A stretch of 63,639 nt of DNA, the filler included, from Octopus bimaculoides (lineage: Eukaryota): NCBI RefSeq assembly GCF_001194135.2. It is 8 parts of 7 records of this genome, joined end to end, with 100 filler letters (N's around TTAATTAATTAA, not from the genome) between each part and the next. Parts side by side here need not be neighbours in the genome. Positions count along the whole stretch, not along the records: positions 1 to 20,939 come from NC_068991.1; 7 more parts are not named here. The stretch is one strand, 5' to 3'. Numbering within the stretch: position 1 is the first letter of the stretch; the number at the start of each line of letters is the position of its first letter. Both the position numbers and the translations under genes were made by a program. Under the pieces are notes generated by a model. The model was given only the letters and a program-made list of their open reading frames with translations, searched no databases and had not been told where the DNA came from. Of the stretch, positions 1 to 12,704 are shown one piece after another.

Positions 1-162
1 AATTTATATATACTCAAGTACCCAAAATAACAAGGAGTTTCTAACTCATAAACAGGAGTTACACCACAGTCATATTGTGATCTTTGCTACCCTGGTATCT
101 ATTAACCAATTTATTTTGTCCGAGTTATTTATTAATTAGGAGAAAATAAATACATATAATAA

Positions 163-199
<37 letters not shown>

Positions 200-200
<1 letters not shown>

Positions 201-880
201 CTGTAACTGAATATGGTCCTGTATTGTTCTATAAGTAACCAACCATGACTTTGTATTTTTCTAGATTGTTATGGCAGATTGGTGGAATTAGGAGATAATC
301 GGGTGGGCTACCTTGCAGTATCTGTACTAAAGCAACTTTTGTTCTGAGAGCTACGGCTATAACGATATTGGTACCAAGCTATATCTGCCCTTGCCTTTCT
401 CTTATGTCACATGTATGTCAAAGAGAGCAGTGCCTAGTTAATCATCGTTTCCCTAACTTGCAATTATGAGACCAATCCCTCTTATGGTTTCATCTAATCA
501 TTGGAAGGTATAAGGGAATATTTCTTCATTATATCGTCTTTAAATCTACATCTTGGTGGGAAGGTATCATAATTGTCAAGTTGGCATTTGCTATTATTGA
601 GTAGTGATTTCCATCGTTTATTCATTAAAAGTGGGAGAACCACTGAGTATACCATATTCATATAATATATCAAGCAAGCCTTCCATATTCCAGCACCCTT
701 CCCCTTCTAACCTACATCAATGGAAATTAATTACTCGTTCGCGGTACAGTGTCTGCTTGGCTTTCAATGGCTCCATGACCGGGTGAAGTCAGTAATCTGT
801 GAATTCATTATCGGATCAATTTGGTTAGCTGTTGACTTCGATACAAGATTTCATGGGCTAGCTATGGCGTTTATCAGAAA
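200..880 (-). mobile_element. Possible decayed 5' portion of a Penelope-like element (hammerhead-like motif followed by ORF start)
   Basis: Minus strand carries a degenerate hammerhead-like motif (842-877), then MEPLKAKQTLYRERVINFH*CRLEG and NKRWKSLLNNSKCQL, loosely resembling PLE N-terminal motifs (FL.RC..EG; VVNLS..QL). Many stops; weak similarity. Confidence 0.35.
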
Positions 881-3409
881 TACATGGATTACTTAGAAAA
901 TAACAAACTTTCTATTTCGAACATGACAGGGAAAGCAAATTTTTAAATAGCCAGTATTTCCCGCGTCTCTATTCCTCGTTAACCAATCCCTCCGTAAATT
1001 GATTTATAAATTATGATGTATTTAACATAGGCGGGTTATTGTGACGTTATAGGCATCTTCATCTCCAGCCTCGGTTTAGTAAACGTTTATTTTCCATCTT
1101 AAAAGGAAAATAAAGCTGGAGAGGAGACGCTTGCTACACAGTACATATGAGAAAAGATGGAAGAAAGTGGCATGTTGAGAGTGAATGTGCCCGCTTAAGG
1201 GAGACATAAAAGTCTCTTAAAGGGTTCAGTGGAGGAGCGTGGTTTGTGGAGTCACACCCGTTCCTCACTCCATCATCATTATCCGATTTTATATATCATC
1301 ATGCATTTTTAATCTTGTCATCTCATTCGATCTCCGACCTCTTTATCGGTCCTCTAGTTGTCTCTACCATTATGGTAAATAAAAAATCAGTTATGACGTT
1401 TGTTTTATATCAACAACATCAGTGACAAGTCAAAACCTAGTCGCAACCTGTTTGCCATGAACGTCTTTTATCATACGTTACCCTATATTTGGTTATTTAG
1501 CAGAATAACGGTAACAAAGCAAATTATGTATACGCCTCTTCCTTGCCGATCTTCCTATAATTGCATATATATTAGAAACTAGTTAAGTTCAATAAAACAT
1601 ATTCCTTGCTGTGCCGATCATGATTTCTTAATGTTATCAATGAATATGTGATATAAATCACGGAGAACATGCGCATATTCATCCTTACGTGAAAGGAATT
1701 AGATACAGCAAAAAATATCCTAGGAAGAAAACAAAAATTGAATTCATAGCATCTTGTAAACTGTGGTAATTGATTATAATTTTCATTAAAAAAACAGCAA
1801 AAGTGAAAGGTTTTAGTATATGCCACAGTAAAGCCTATTTGAACAGTGAACGTAGCACTGTTATTTCATAGCATAAAGAGAACAATTAAGCAGAGACTGA
1901 TTGTAGCTAAAGTGAAGTAGCTCAAGTGTGGTAGAAAATTGTCTTATAATATACAAACTTAATTCTAAATATGTAGAACGAAAACTTTCAGCATTTAGGA
2001 AGTTATGTATTAACAGTCGTATATTTTTGAGTGCACTGGTTAGAGTGGAAGATATAATTGAAATAATGGCCACGACAGGGGATCTGGCAATTTCGACCGG
2101 TTCCGTAAAAGGACTGGTAAATGCTGCTCACTAACAAGGCATTCACTATTTTACTGGGTACATTTTGATTGTGCTGATTCGGCACAAAACTTATTTTGAA
2201 CATCAAAATTTTGGCGTTGACATGTTAAACATGCCGATAAAATTTACTGGAGCAACAACCGGATCAGAAACTGAAAAACTATACCGATGAACTTACAAGA
2301 TCATAAAGAACTAGACTTAGATTTAAAAAATGGATCTTGCCGAGTACCTGAGAAATCTTGCTCACGGTTCCCCAAAACGAAGGAAATAAAGTTACATTTT
2401 TTATTATATATCAATAGGAAAATCTCTTCATTTATGAAGAATAATATTTTGATGTGTATTTATATGTCAGATAAAAGGAAATATCTCTACATTTTAACAA
2501 TTTCATTTTATGTTCATTTTGATGTTTGCTTCTGTATAAGTTCGTTTTACCTTCGATCACTCTCTCTCTTTCTGTTCATCTGCATTTGTTTCTGTGTGTG
2601 TTTCTGCTATCAGCATAAAAAAAAACACACACCGCCAAATATATTTAGCGTCCAAACATGCGCGCCAAGGAGGCAACGTCAAAACAGCTGCGGACACTCA
2701 TTACATTCCGAATTTACTATGTTGTCGACGCTTACAAACACAAGTCACTTCTCAATGTTTCACCCAATGAATTCTTGGAAGATTGTACCTTTGGAAGTTA
2801 AGACTGTTAATCACAGGCTGTATGGAATATCCATGACAAGATGCAAATGTTAACCCTTCAACCAGCTTTCTGATCCCATCTAATTGGTTCGCTTTTCTAT
2901 AAAGGAAATTTTCTCAAGTGTTTTTTTTCTATAGCAATAGGATTTCCTCCAATATAATGAACGGAGATGTTTGAAGTGATATTACTGGTAAAGAACCGTT
3001 AATCACATAAGCCGTGAAACGATAAATATACACAGATGGAGGATATATCTAAGAATGATAATAGTCGACTTTATTCTGGTTAGGGTAAATTTAAGATGAC
3101 ACAGCCTACTACTGAAACCACCGACAATTTTGTGGTCTTTCAGCGGATATATAAAATCGATAAAATAGGTTTGGATTGGAAGGGATATCGCCCGAATCTA
3201 ATAAGAAGAATCAATGAATACTGATTATATTAGATTAGGACACTTCAAGCATATGACCCAATTTAACACTGAAGGGATAGGTATCGATTGGCTGTGGAAC
3301 GGTAAAGTGAATTCTTTTCACGCAGTGCGATTGGTTTAAGATGTTGTAGAATTGCCCGAAAACTCTTTACCTTTTCACACACACACACACGCAAGTGTAT
3401 ACGTGTGAA

Positions 3410-3451
<42 letters not shown>

Positions 3452-3494
3452 TATGCACGTATACAAGTGAGATTACCTTCAATTGTTTGTGTTA

Positions 3495-3895
3495 CTCTAC
3501 TGTTTTCTTCTCGGCTTTTCGTCATATTTCCTCCATCCCTCTCTATTTCCCTTTCTCCACCTCCCTCATTCACCGTTTTCTATCTGTCTCTCTCTCTCTC
3601 ACACCTCTTTCTCTTTCTCTCTCACTCTCGTTGGTCACACGTGACCACTGTCATCCCTCTTTTTCTCACGTGACCATCTTTCCTATCCTGCTCGGACGTC
3701 TAAACAACTGGACGTTCAGACGTCCGTGCAGGAAAAGATGGTCACGTGAGGAAAAGAAAGATGGAAGATAGTCACGTGTGAGCCACAAGAGAGAAAAAGA
3801 GAAAGCGGGGGGGGGGACAGATAGAAAACGGAGAAGAAGGTGGAGAGGAGAGGGGATTAGAGAAAGGTAGAGGAAGAAACCAGTATAGAGTAGAG
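3495..3895. repeat. Imperfect ~400-bp inverted repeat (foldback/MITE-like)
   Basis: Arms 3665-3705 and 3714-3750 are near-complementary around loop aactggac; outer pairs accgttttctatctgtc/gacagatagaaaacgg and ctctac/gtagag. Confidence 0.85.
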
Positions 3896-4116
3896 AGTTG
3901 CATCAAAAAGGTGAAGATAAACCTACTTAGAAATGGATGCCTCGCGTTCGATTACATAATAAATAGTATATAATATAATATATACATGCATATATGAGTA
4001 CAGGACGTCACCAACGTACTTAATTACTTAATTTCTGAATTAAGGCTACTATTGGTTTCATGTTCAGAAAAATAGGAGAATATCCTAGTACCTTAACAAT
4101 TATTTAAGCCGATCAC

Positions 4117-4482
4117 ATGGAGAAATGTGTTCGCCTCCATATATGTAGGAATGGGATTTGCCCACTCTATAGGAGCAAATCATGGAACACCATAGAAAGG
4201 ACTAAGAAGAAAATAGGGAAGGCAAGCTCATGGTACGATAGCTACAAGTACCAGAGCGTCATGTTCGTCGACACCACCCCTAGAGGCAAACTGGCGTACC
4301 GCTTTAGAAGGGCCTTAGACAAACTTAAGCTAAGAATTAAGGTTGTTGAAAGGCCAGGCAACCCTATTAAATCCCTTATCAGTAGAACATACCCTTTCAG
4401 TAGAACCCCCTGCACTGATAGGAACTGTATCGTATGTAGATTTAGCCCACAAACGAACTGCAAAACCAGAAATGTGGTCTAT
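4117..4482 (+). mobile_element. Penelope-like element fragment: RT C-terminal linker, Cys-rich region and start of GIY-YIG endonuclease (Neptune-like), cut by gap
   Basis: ORF GICPLYRSKSWN...WY...VMFVDTTPRGKLA...IKVVERPG...PF...C..C.VC...NCKTRNVVY is the typical PLE linker leading into GIY-YIG. Confidence 0.85.
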
Positions 4483-5226
4483 NNNNNNNNNNNNNNNNNN
4501 NNNNNNNNNNNNNNNNNNNNNNNNNNNNNNNNNNNNNNNNNNNNNNNNNNNNNNNNNNNNNNNNNNNNNNNNNNNNNNNNNNNNNNNNNNNNNNNNNNNN
4601 NNNNNNNNNNNNNNNNNNNNNNNNNNNNNNNNNNNNNNNNNNNNNNNNNNNNNNNNNNNNNNNNNNNNNNNNNNNNNNNNNNNNNNNNNNNNNNNNNNNN
4701 NNNNNNNNNNNNNNNNNNNNNNNNNNNNNNNNNNNNNNNNNNNNNNNNNNNNNNNNNNNNNNNNNNNNNNNNNNNNNNNNNNNNNNNNNNNNNNNNNNNN
4801 NNNNNNNNNNNNNNNNNNNNNNNNNNNNNNNNNNNNNNNNNNNNNNNNNNNNNNNNNNNNNNNNNNNNNNNNNNNNNNNNNNNNNNNNNNNNNNNNNNNN
4901 NNNNNNNNNNNNNNNNNNNNNNNNNNNNNNNNNNNNNNNNNNNNNNNNNNNNNNNNNNNNNNNNNNNNNNNNNNNNNNNNNNNNNNNNNNNNNNNNNNNN
5001 NNNNNNNNNNNNNNNNNNNNNNNNNNNNNNNNNNNNNNNNNNNNNNNNNNNNNNNNNNNNNNNNNNNNNNNNNNNNNNNNNNNNNNNNNNNNNNNNNNNN
5101 NNNNNNNNNNNNNNNNNNNNNNNNNNNNNNNNNNNNNNNNNNNNNNNNNNNNNNNNNNNNNNNNNNNNNNNNNNNNNNNNNNNNNNNNNNNNNNNNNNNN
5201 NNNNNNNNNNNNNNNNNNNNNNNNNN

Positions 5227-5259
<33 letters not shown>

Positions 5260-5499
5260 CATACATATATATATACATATATGCATTACATACACACAAT
5301 ATATGTTGCATAGACACATATGTGCGTTGTCAGTAGCATTTGTGACATTCTGTCCATGACCTCTTAGGGGATCATATTTGTCTTTGATATTTAATACACA
5401 TATTTCGCACGAAAGTCTGGAGTTACATAATATACCTTAAGAAAATTTAAGTAATGTTTTCCATATTTAAAGCAAAATTCTTACTGGGTTATACGAAAG

Positions 5500-6440
5500 T
5501 ATATTTTTTGCTCATATTTTATTCCCATCCGTCCTTTGTTTTGGATTATCACTTCTAATTTTATCGTTGAAACCGCTACTCTTTTGTGCATTTTGCACCA
5601 CCAAAAGGAGGCATTAAAAGATAGTCCTAAATTACGTGACGTGAAGAAAACTAACAACAAATTGTCAGTAAAACAACGTAGAGTATCTTCTGGGTGGTTG
5701 GAAATTCTGGTCTTGTAGTATAACGACTCGTTAGATTTCTCAGACTGGGAAATTTGTTGTGGGTGAGAGCAATAAATTTTAACTATTTTAAGGCTGATAC
5801 ATTTGCTATGTATGAATTCAAATTTGTTTTGTAAATGTTACGGATTTCGTTTTGGAATATTTCATTTTTCCATGATGACAATTTCTTAAAATTAAAAGGC
5901 TGTCATCTCTGTAGAAATATCCGAGAAAGTGAGGAAATTCAGTGGGTGAGCAACTTAAGGCATACAATCCTATACCTACCGTATCGTTGGGTCCAATGCT
6001 AACATTAATCCAGGCGCTTATATAGCACAAATTGTAATTACTGACAAAATAATTTGTGAAAACTAGTTTTTTTATGTCTAGTCTGAAACAAATAAATTAC
6101 AAACTTGCAGTTTTCCAAATCCTAAAGTTGAATCTAGTATAATTTTCGACATTAGAACATCCTTAATATTTTTACTATCAAAACCGATATGCGTTTAAGT
6201 TGGATTGATGAGTTCAGTTTAAATGTTGTTTGCGAAGTTAGGCAAGTTTAAGCGTCTTTGCAAATCTAGGGTATCAACTTCATTTCTGATATTTAACTCG
6301 TTAAAAACTTACTTTTCTACTTCAGCGTTTGTATCATATATCGTTAACATGATCATTACAGTTTTAGATAAGAATCTGCGTGAGTTAGTCATGTTTATTG
6401 CGAGGAGATTTTCCGTAGTAGCAGAAAGCTGAAAAGAATT
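5500..6440 (-). mobile_element. Decayed Penelope-like reverse transcriptase
   Basis: Minus-strand motifs in PLE order: NFANNI*TELINPT*THIG (cf. NF.N.PKCRLINPAKSEIG), YRDDSLLILRN (catalytic YRDD) and KSNESLYYKTRISNHP (cf. KPN..LY....SNHP). Stops and frameshifts present. Confidence 0.7.
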
Positions 6441-6501
6441 TTTATGATAATTATTTTCTTTTTATCTTCCTAGCTTAAATCAGCCTTTCTCAATGATCCA
6501 A

Positions 6502-6771
6502 AAGGTGGCACTGTCATAAAAAAAAAATGTTTACTTCCCCACTGCACGGTTCCCGGATTCAGTCCCACTGCGAGGCACATTGGGAAAGTGTCTTCTCCTA
6601 TAACCTCGGGTCGACCAAAGACTTGTGAGCAGATTTGGTTGAAGGAAACTGAAAGAAGTCCGGCGTTTGAATACATTTATGTTTGAATGTGTGTATTTTT
6701 CCCCCACCACCGCTTGACAACCGGCAGAAGCGGCCGATATGATAAGCACCAAGTTTAAAAGTAGCAAGTAG
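6502..6771 (+). mobile_element. tRNA-derived SINE, family A (CORE-like box)
   Basis: ggttcccggattcagtcccactgcgaggcacattgggaaagtgtc...gaccaaagacttgtgag...ggaaactgaaagaag, shared with about ten copies in the window. Confidence 0.8.
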
Positions 6772-8089
6772 NNNNNNNNNNNNNNNNNNNNNNNNNNNNN
6801 NNNNNNNNNNNNNNNNNNNNNNNNNNNNNNNNNNNNNNNNNNNNNNNNNNNNNNNNNNNNNNNNNNNNNNNNNNNNNNNNNNNNNNNNNNNNNNNNNNNN
6901 NNNNNNNNNNNNNNNNNNNNNNNNNNNNNNNNNNNNNNNNNNNNNNNNNNNNNNNNNNNNNNNNNNNNNNNNNNNNNNNNNNNNNNNNNNNNNNNNNNNN
7001 NNNNNNNNNNNNNNNNNNNNNNNNNNNNNNNNNNNNNNNNNNNNNNNNNNNNNNNNNNNNNNNNNNNNNNNNNNNNNNNNNNNNNNNNNNNNNNNNNNNN
7101 NNNNNNNNNNNNNNNNNNNNNNNNNNNNNNNNNNNNNNNNNNNNNNNNNNNNNNNNNNNNNNNNNNNNNNNNNNNNNNNNNNNNNNNNNNNNNNNNNNNN
7201 NNNNNNNNNNNNNNNNNNNNNNNNNNNNNNNNNNNNNNNNNNNNNNNNNNNNNNNNNNNNNNNNNNNNNNNNNNNNNNNNNNNNNNNNNNNNNNNNNNNN
7301 NNNNNNNNNNNNNNNNNNNNNNNNNNNNTATATATATATGTATGTATATATGTATGTATGTCTGTATGCATGTATGTAAAAAAAACCATTTGAGCACTGC
7401 GGAAAGTGGACAGAAACTAGTCATTTTTCAAAACTGACTGTAACTTTAAGGTTTCGCGAAGTAAATTTTTTTTTAAGCTGTAGTGTAAATCGAAAAATGT
7501 ATGATTGTCGTATGTATGCAAGTAAAGAATATTAAAAGTTGAAAATATTGTTCTAATGGCTGGGGCGAATTATCTATAAAATTTTCTATAAAAGAATAAA
7601 TGGAAAAATGAGTTGTATTCATTACAGTGGTATACAGAAGAAAATATGAAACGTAATCATATATAGAATCAATGTGAGGTGTATTTGTGTGTTTGCATTG
7701 GGAATGACATACAGAAGTTTGGAGTTAGGGTTCTTACGGCTTATGACGATATGGAATTGAATTTGAAATTGTGGGTGATTTTATGTCTATTAATTCTAAT
7801 GTATTTTATGGCAATTTTCTTGTGTTAATTTTTGTACATCAGGAAATACGAAGAGAAGGTATTATTAATTTATGGTTGAGCTGTGTTTAAATGGTATTTA
7901 AAGATTTCTATTTTGAATAAGATTTTAATTTAATTATAGTATCGTAAAACTGAAAGATATCTGGAAGGTGAATATTCAACGGGTTTTAAAACAGGACAAC
8001 TATAAAATTCGTATTTTCAGTAATATATTGATTTCAGTCAGTTAATTGCAAATCGTAGATACACACATATATATACACACACATTCAGA

Positions 8090-8159
<70 letters not shown>

Positions 8160-9464
8160 CCTAACTGTCTGTCTGGTAAGAGTGGGAGTGGGGGTGGATT
8201 ATAATAATTTATGGTAGATTCAATAAAATTCATCAACCTATTTCTAAATAAAATGAAGAGAATAAACATAAATTCGTACATAAAGCTAATCGATTGATAA
8301 GATCTATACAAGTACTGGAGGTGTTTTCGTTGGAAGGCTGTATTGACTTCTATCTGACAAGGCCACAATTAGAAAAGGGAAAATGTATTTTAAAGTTACA
8401 GTATTTCATGGTATATGGCATCCGTCGACTTATATGATTGCTAAAAATGTTGCGTAGGAAATATTAAAAAAGTTGTTGCATTTATAGACACCATTTTGTA
8501 TTTAATGAAATATAAACGCATGTGTTCCATCAAAAATAATAGATTGACCTTGATGCCTCGAAGCATTTAATAAAATGTAATATGATGTTTTCAATAGAAT
8601 AGTTCATTATACATCCCTATATANNNNNNNNNNNNNNNNNNNNNNNNNNNNNNNNNNNNNNNNNNNNNNNNNNNNNNNNNNNNNNNNNNNNNNNNNNNNN
8701 NNNNNNNNNNNNNNNNNNNNNNNNNNNNNNNNNNNNNNNNNNNNNNNNNNNNNNNNNNNNNNNNNNNNNNNNNNNNNNNNNNNNNNNNNNNNNNNNNNNN
8801 NNNNNNNNNNNNNNNNNNNNNNNNNNNNNNNNNNNNNNNNNNNNNNNNNNNNNNNNNNNNNNNNNNNNNNNNNNNNNNNNNNNNNNNNNNNNNNNNNNNN
8901 NNNNNNNNNNNNNNNNNNNNNNNNNNNNNNNNNNNNNNNNNNNNNNNNNNNNNNNNNNNNNNNNNNNNNNNNNNNNNNNNNNNNNNNNNNNNNNNNNNNN
9001 NNNNNNNNNNNNNNNNNNNNNNNNNNNNNNNNNNNNNNNNNNNNNNNAACCTTTTTAATTAAAAATAAAGCTTTTCCTTAAGAGACAAGATAAACTATTA
9101 TAAATAGTTTTTTAAACTTTTACATAGAATGTTTTCATTTCTGTAAACAGAAACATTTTTCTATTAACAATTTTTTTAATTTTTGAAAGAATTACGTTGC
9201 TTTTCTGTAAAACACGGAATTTTAATGATAAACCTAATTAAAAAAAAATTAAATAAATTAATTTGTGTTTGAAGGGAAAAAAATTATTTATAGATTGCAT
9301 TTTAAAATTTGTAATTAGAAAAATAATTTTACATTTCATAAAAGGAATCTTTCATTGCAGCCTTTTAAAATTTATTTACATTTTCTCTGCGTTTTAATTT
9401 AACCTGTCATATATTTCAGAATTAAGTGTACCATATATGTCTTGCATATACTTATTTAATTCTG

Positions 9465-10160
9465 GTTTCAAATTTTGGCAGAAAACCACCAATTTGAGGA
9501 TAGGGGTTTAAGTCGATTTAATTATTATAATAATTTAATATAGAGAAAAGGTCTGAAATTTTAGGGGAGGTGGATTGTAGATTTCATCGTCCCCAGTACT
9601 TGACTGGTACTTATTTTATCGATCTCGATAGTATGAAAGGCAAGATTTAAACTCGGAGCGTAAAGCCGGACGAAATGCCGCTAATAATTTTCCCCAACAT
9701 GCTAAGTATTCTGTCAGCTCACTGCTATAATAATAACAGCAACATCGATAATAATAATAGTCCTTTTTACTGAAGGTACAAGACCTGTTTGGATAGGGAG
9801 CTAGTCGTTAACATCGACACCAGTACTCAACTGGTACTCATTTTATCGACTCGAAAGGAAGAAAGGCAAAGTCGACCTTGGCGATATTTGAACTCAGAAC
9901 TTGAAGATAGATGAAATGCTGCTAAGCATTTTCCCCGGCATGCTAACAATTTTGCCAACTCACCGCCTTAAACAACAACAATAATAATCCTTTCTACTGA
10001 AGGCACAAGGCCTGAAGTTTTGAGGGAGCAGGCTGGTCGATTACATGGATACAGTACACAACGAATACTTATTATATCAATCTCGAAAGGATGAAAGAAA
10101 TAGTTGAACTCGGTGGAATTCGAAGTCAGAACGTAAAGATGGAGGAAACACTGCTAGGGT
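9465..10160 (-). mobile_element. Tandem cluster of three SINE family B copies (tRNA head plus Meta/MESC-like domain, (ATT)n tail)
   Basis: Three repeats of actggtact..ttttatcga..cgaaaggatgaaaggcaaagtcgacc..gg.ggaatttgaactcagaac..gctaagcattt, separated by (aat)n remnants. Confidence 0.85.
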
Positions 10161-10174
10161 TTTTTTCTGGAAGC

Positions 10175-11000
10175 TCTGGGGACTTTCCGCAAAAGATTAT
10201 CCAGTCTCCACAACATTCCAGACATGAGAAAGCTTTCTGCAAAATGGGTGCCAAAATAAATGAATGTTGATCAAAAGCGCATCAAAGTGATGACATCAAA
10301 AGCGATTTTTGACCAGTTTGCAGCGGGAGCGGCTGATTTTATGGCTCATTTAGTCAGTGTGGATGAAACGTGGCTTCATCATTATAATCCCCAGATCAAG
10401 TGGTGATCAATGGAGTGACGCACCAGCGGTTCACTGCGTCCCGAGAGATTTCGGACCTAGAAATTAGCTGGAAAGATTATGGCTTCAGTGTTCTGGGACA
10501 AAGACAGTGTACACCTCGTAAAATATCTGCCAGAGGGTCGCACCATCGACGCAGAATACAATATGACTGTTGGGCGAACTTCATGAAGCCTTGGTGCAGA
10601 AACACTGTAGAAAGCTGAGCCATGGTGTCCTGTTTTTTTTTTGCGGACAGGATAATACACCAGCACACACAGCACATGAAAAATCTAAGGAAAATTCGCG
10701 ACTTTGGCTTCGAATTGCTAGACCAATCACCTTACTCTCCAGATTTGGTCTGACTATCATCTCTTTACAGAAGATCTCAAGGGAACGAAATTTCACTCCG
10801 ATTCAGCAGTGATCACTGCTACAGAGGCCTGGCTGGAGGTCCGACCTTCCGTGTTCTTTTTATATGGCTTAGAAATATTGAAGGATAGCTGCAATAAGTG
10901 TGTTAATCTGAGAGAGCAATGTGTACAATAAATTCTTAATTTACTGATACTCACGTATTTTCTTTTATCCAAACTCAGGAAATTTTTACCTCCCCGTCGT
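10175..11000 (+). mobile_element. Mariner transposon remnant (DD34D transposase pseudogene, 5'-truncated)
   Basis: Motifs MRKLSAKWVPK*, VDETWLHHYNP, QDNTPAH and PYSPDL in order, with stops and frameshifts; ends at TA near 11000. Confidence 0.9.
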
Positions 11001-11563
11001 ATATATATATGAACGGATACATAAACATACACAGGCATGCTCAAATACACACATATTGATGCAGCAAGGGAACTTTGATAGCATTAATATTTGCACCATA
11101 ACACATACATTCAATAAATACTTATATTCACACATACACTTACATATATTCACACATTAGTCCACCTTCTACATTCACGTAATCATCTACTAAACATTAA
11201 GTAAGTAACAGAATGTGAGTGCAAATGAAAGACGTTGCCAAATCGCAGCACTGGCTACCACTGTCTGTTACATCAGGATTCAGTACTATCAGAGTTCGGC
11301 ATTAAAAAATCCTCAGCTGTTCAATTGTCTCACAAAAGGATTATGAAACCTAACCAAAGTTTTTCGCGAGGTTTTTTAAAGATGTATATCTTTCTAATAT
11401 ATATTACACCACCAGCTACAGAATATTACAACCGAAAGAGAAGAGCGTCTACCAGTTTGTTGATTCACTAACTAGAGATACCATGTAAACCTGATAGATA
11501 CATGAATAATGTTGGGGCTCAGAGCATTATCAGTAAGGCTATAAATGAGATAGAAACTTCAAA

Positions 11564-11700
11564 TAGGTGCAGGCGTAGCTGTGTGGTAAGAAACGTGCTT
11601 CCCAACCACATGGTTCCGGGTTCAGTGTATTCTACTAAAGCCTCGTTTCGCTAAAGCCTTGTGAGTGAATTTTGTAGACGGAAACTGAAAGAAGCCCATC

Positions 11701-11783
<83 letters not shown>

Positions 11784-11979
11784 TCTCACCACCATCGCTG
11801 ACAACCAATCCTGGTGTGTTTATATCCTCGTACCATAGCGGTTCGGCAAAAGAAACCGAAAAAATAAGTACGATGCTTACAAATAATAAGTCTTGGGGTC
11901 GATTTCTTAGACTAAAACCCTTAAAGCGGTGCTCCAGCATGGCCTCGGTCAAATAACTGAATCGAATAAAAGAATAAAT
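11564..11979 (+). mobile_element. SINE family A, near full length, with internal (TA)n(TG)n microsatellite
   Basis: taggtgcaggcgtagctgtgtggtaag head; gacggaaactgaaagaagcc; microsatellite 11702-11779; tail ggtgctccagcatggcc...aaaagaataaa. Confidence 0.9.
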
Positions 11980-12488
11980 ACAAAGGTAGTGCACCAGCAT
12001 GAGTGTAACCATGACGACTAGGTTCAAATACAGAACTAGAATTTTAAAAGAATTATATGCTTAGAAGGCGAATTAACTATACTTTAAGGTGAAGAATTGG
12101 TGTAGTTGTTTGCCCGGGTGTAGCTGTCGTATTTGACCCAACTATTGCACACTGAATTAAAATACATCAAGTTCAACTTTGCCTTTCAAGAATTCGTGGT
12201 CGATAAGATGATACTAATGCAGAGCCGTGGAATTAAAATAAACGTCAGACGAGGCGACTTATTGTACCTTTTTTTCCAGCTCTTTGCGTTCTGAATTCAA
12301 ATTCCATCATGCTCTATGATAGTGTAATTAATCTTACGATCTTTAAATTATTTATCGTCGAGCGTTTTTATCCTACAGATTCCAAGGATTTTGAAAGGCC
12401 ATAACCTACTGTAGAATCAGCTTTGAGTGTTTACTGGGTGAGTTACTAAATAATTATCACTGTACCACTTATAACCATTTATAAACTT

Positions 12489-12704
12489 CTTTTTTTACTC
12501 TAGGCACAAGGCTCGAAATTTTTGGGGAGAAGGGGGACAGTCGATTAGATCGACCCCAGTACGCAACTTGAACTTAATTTATCGGCCTCGAAAGGATGAA
12601 AGGCAAAGTCGACCTCGGCGGAATTTGAACTCAGAACGTAAAAGCAGACGAAATACCGCTAAGCATTTCGCCCGGCGTGCTAACGTTTCTGCCAGCTCGC
12701 CGCT
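12489..12704 (-). mobile_element. SINE family B, full-length young-looking copy
   Basis: Minus strand reads gcggcgagctggcagaaacgttagcacgccgggcgaaatgcttagcgg...gttctgagttcaaattccgccgaggtcgactttgcctttcatcc...cttgtgcctagagtaaaaaag. Confidence 0.92.

Noticed and set aside
1040-1418. Solo LTR candidate (TG...CA, AATAAA)
   Set aside because: No TSD, terminal inverted repeat, PBS or PPT found.
2287-3350. 188-aa ORF and short protein-like frames (IGLDW / IGIDW)
   Set aside because: Low-complexity ORF; the resemblance to YWTD propeller repeats lacks the YWTD motif and splice support.
4343-5359. Long ORFs spanning N-runs (many in the track)
   Set aside because: Open only because N translates as X; gap lengths are estimates.
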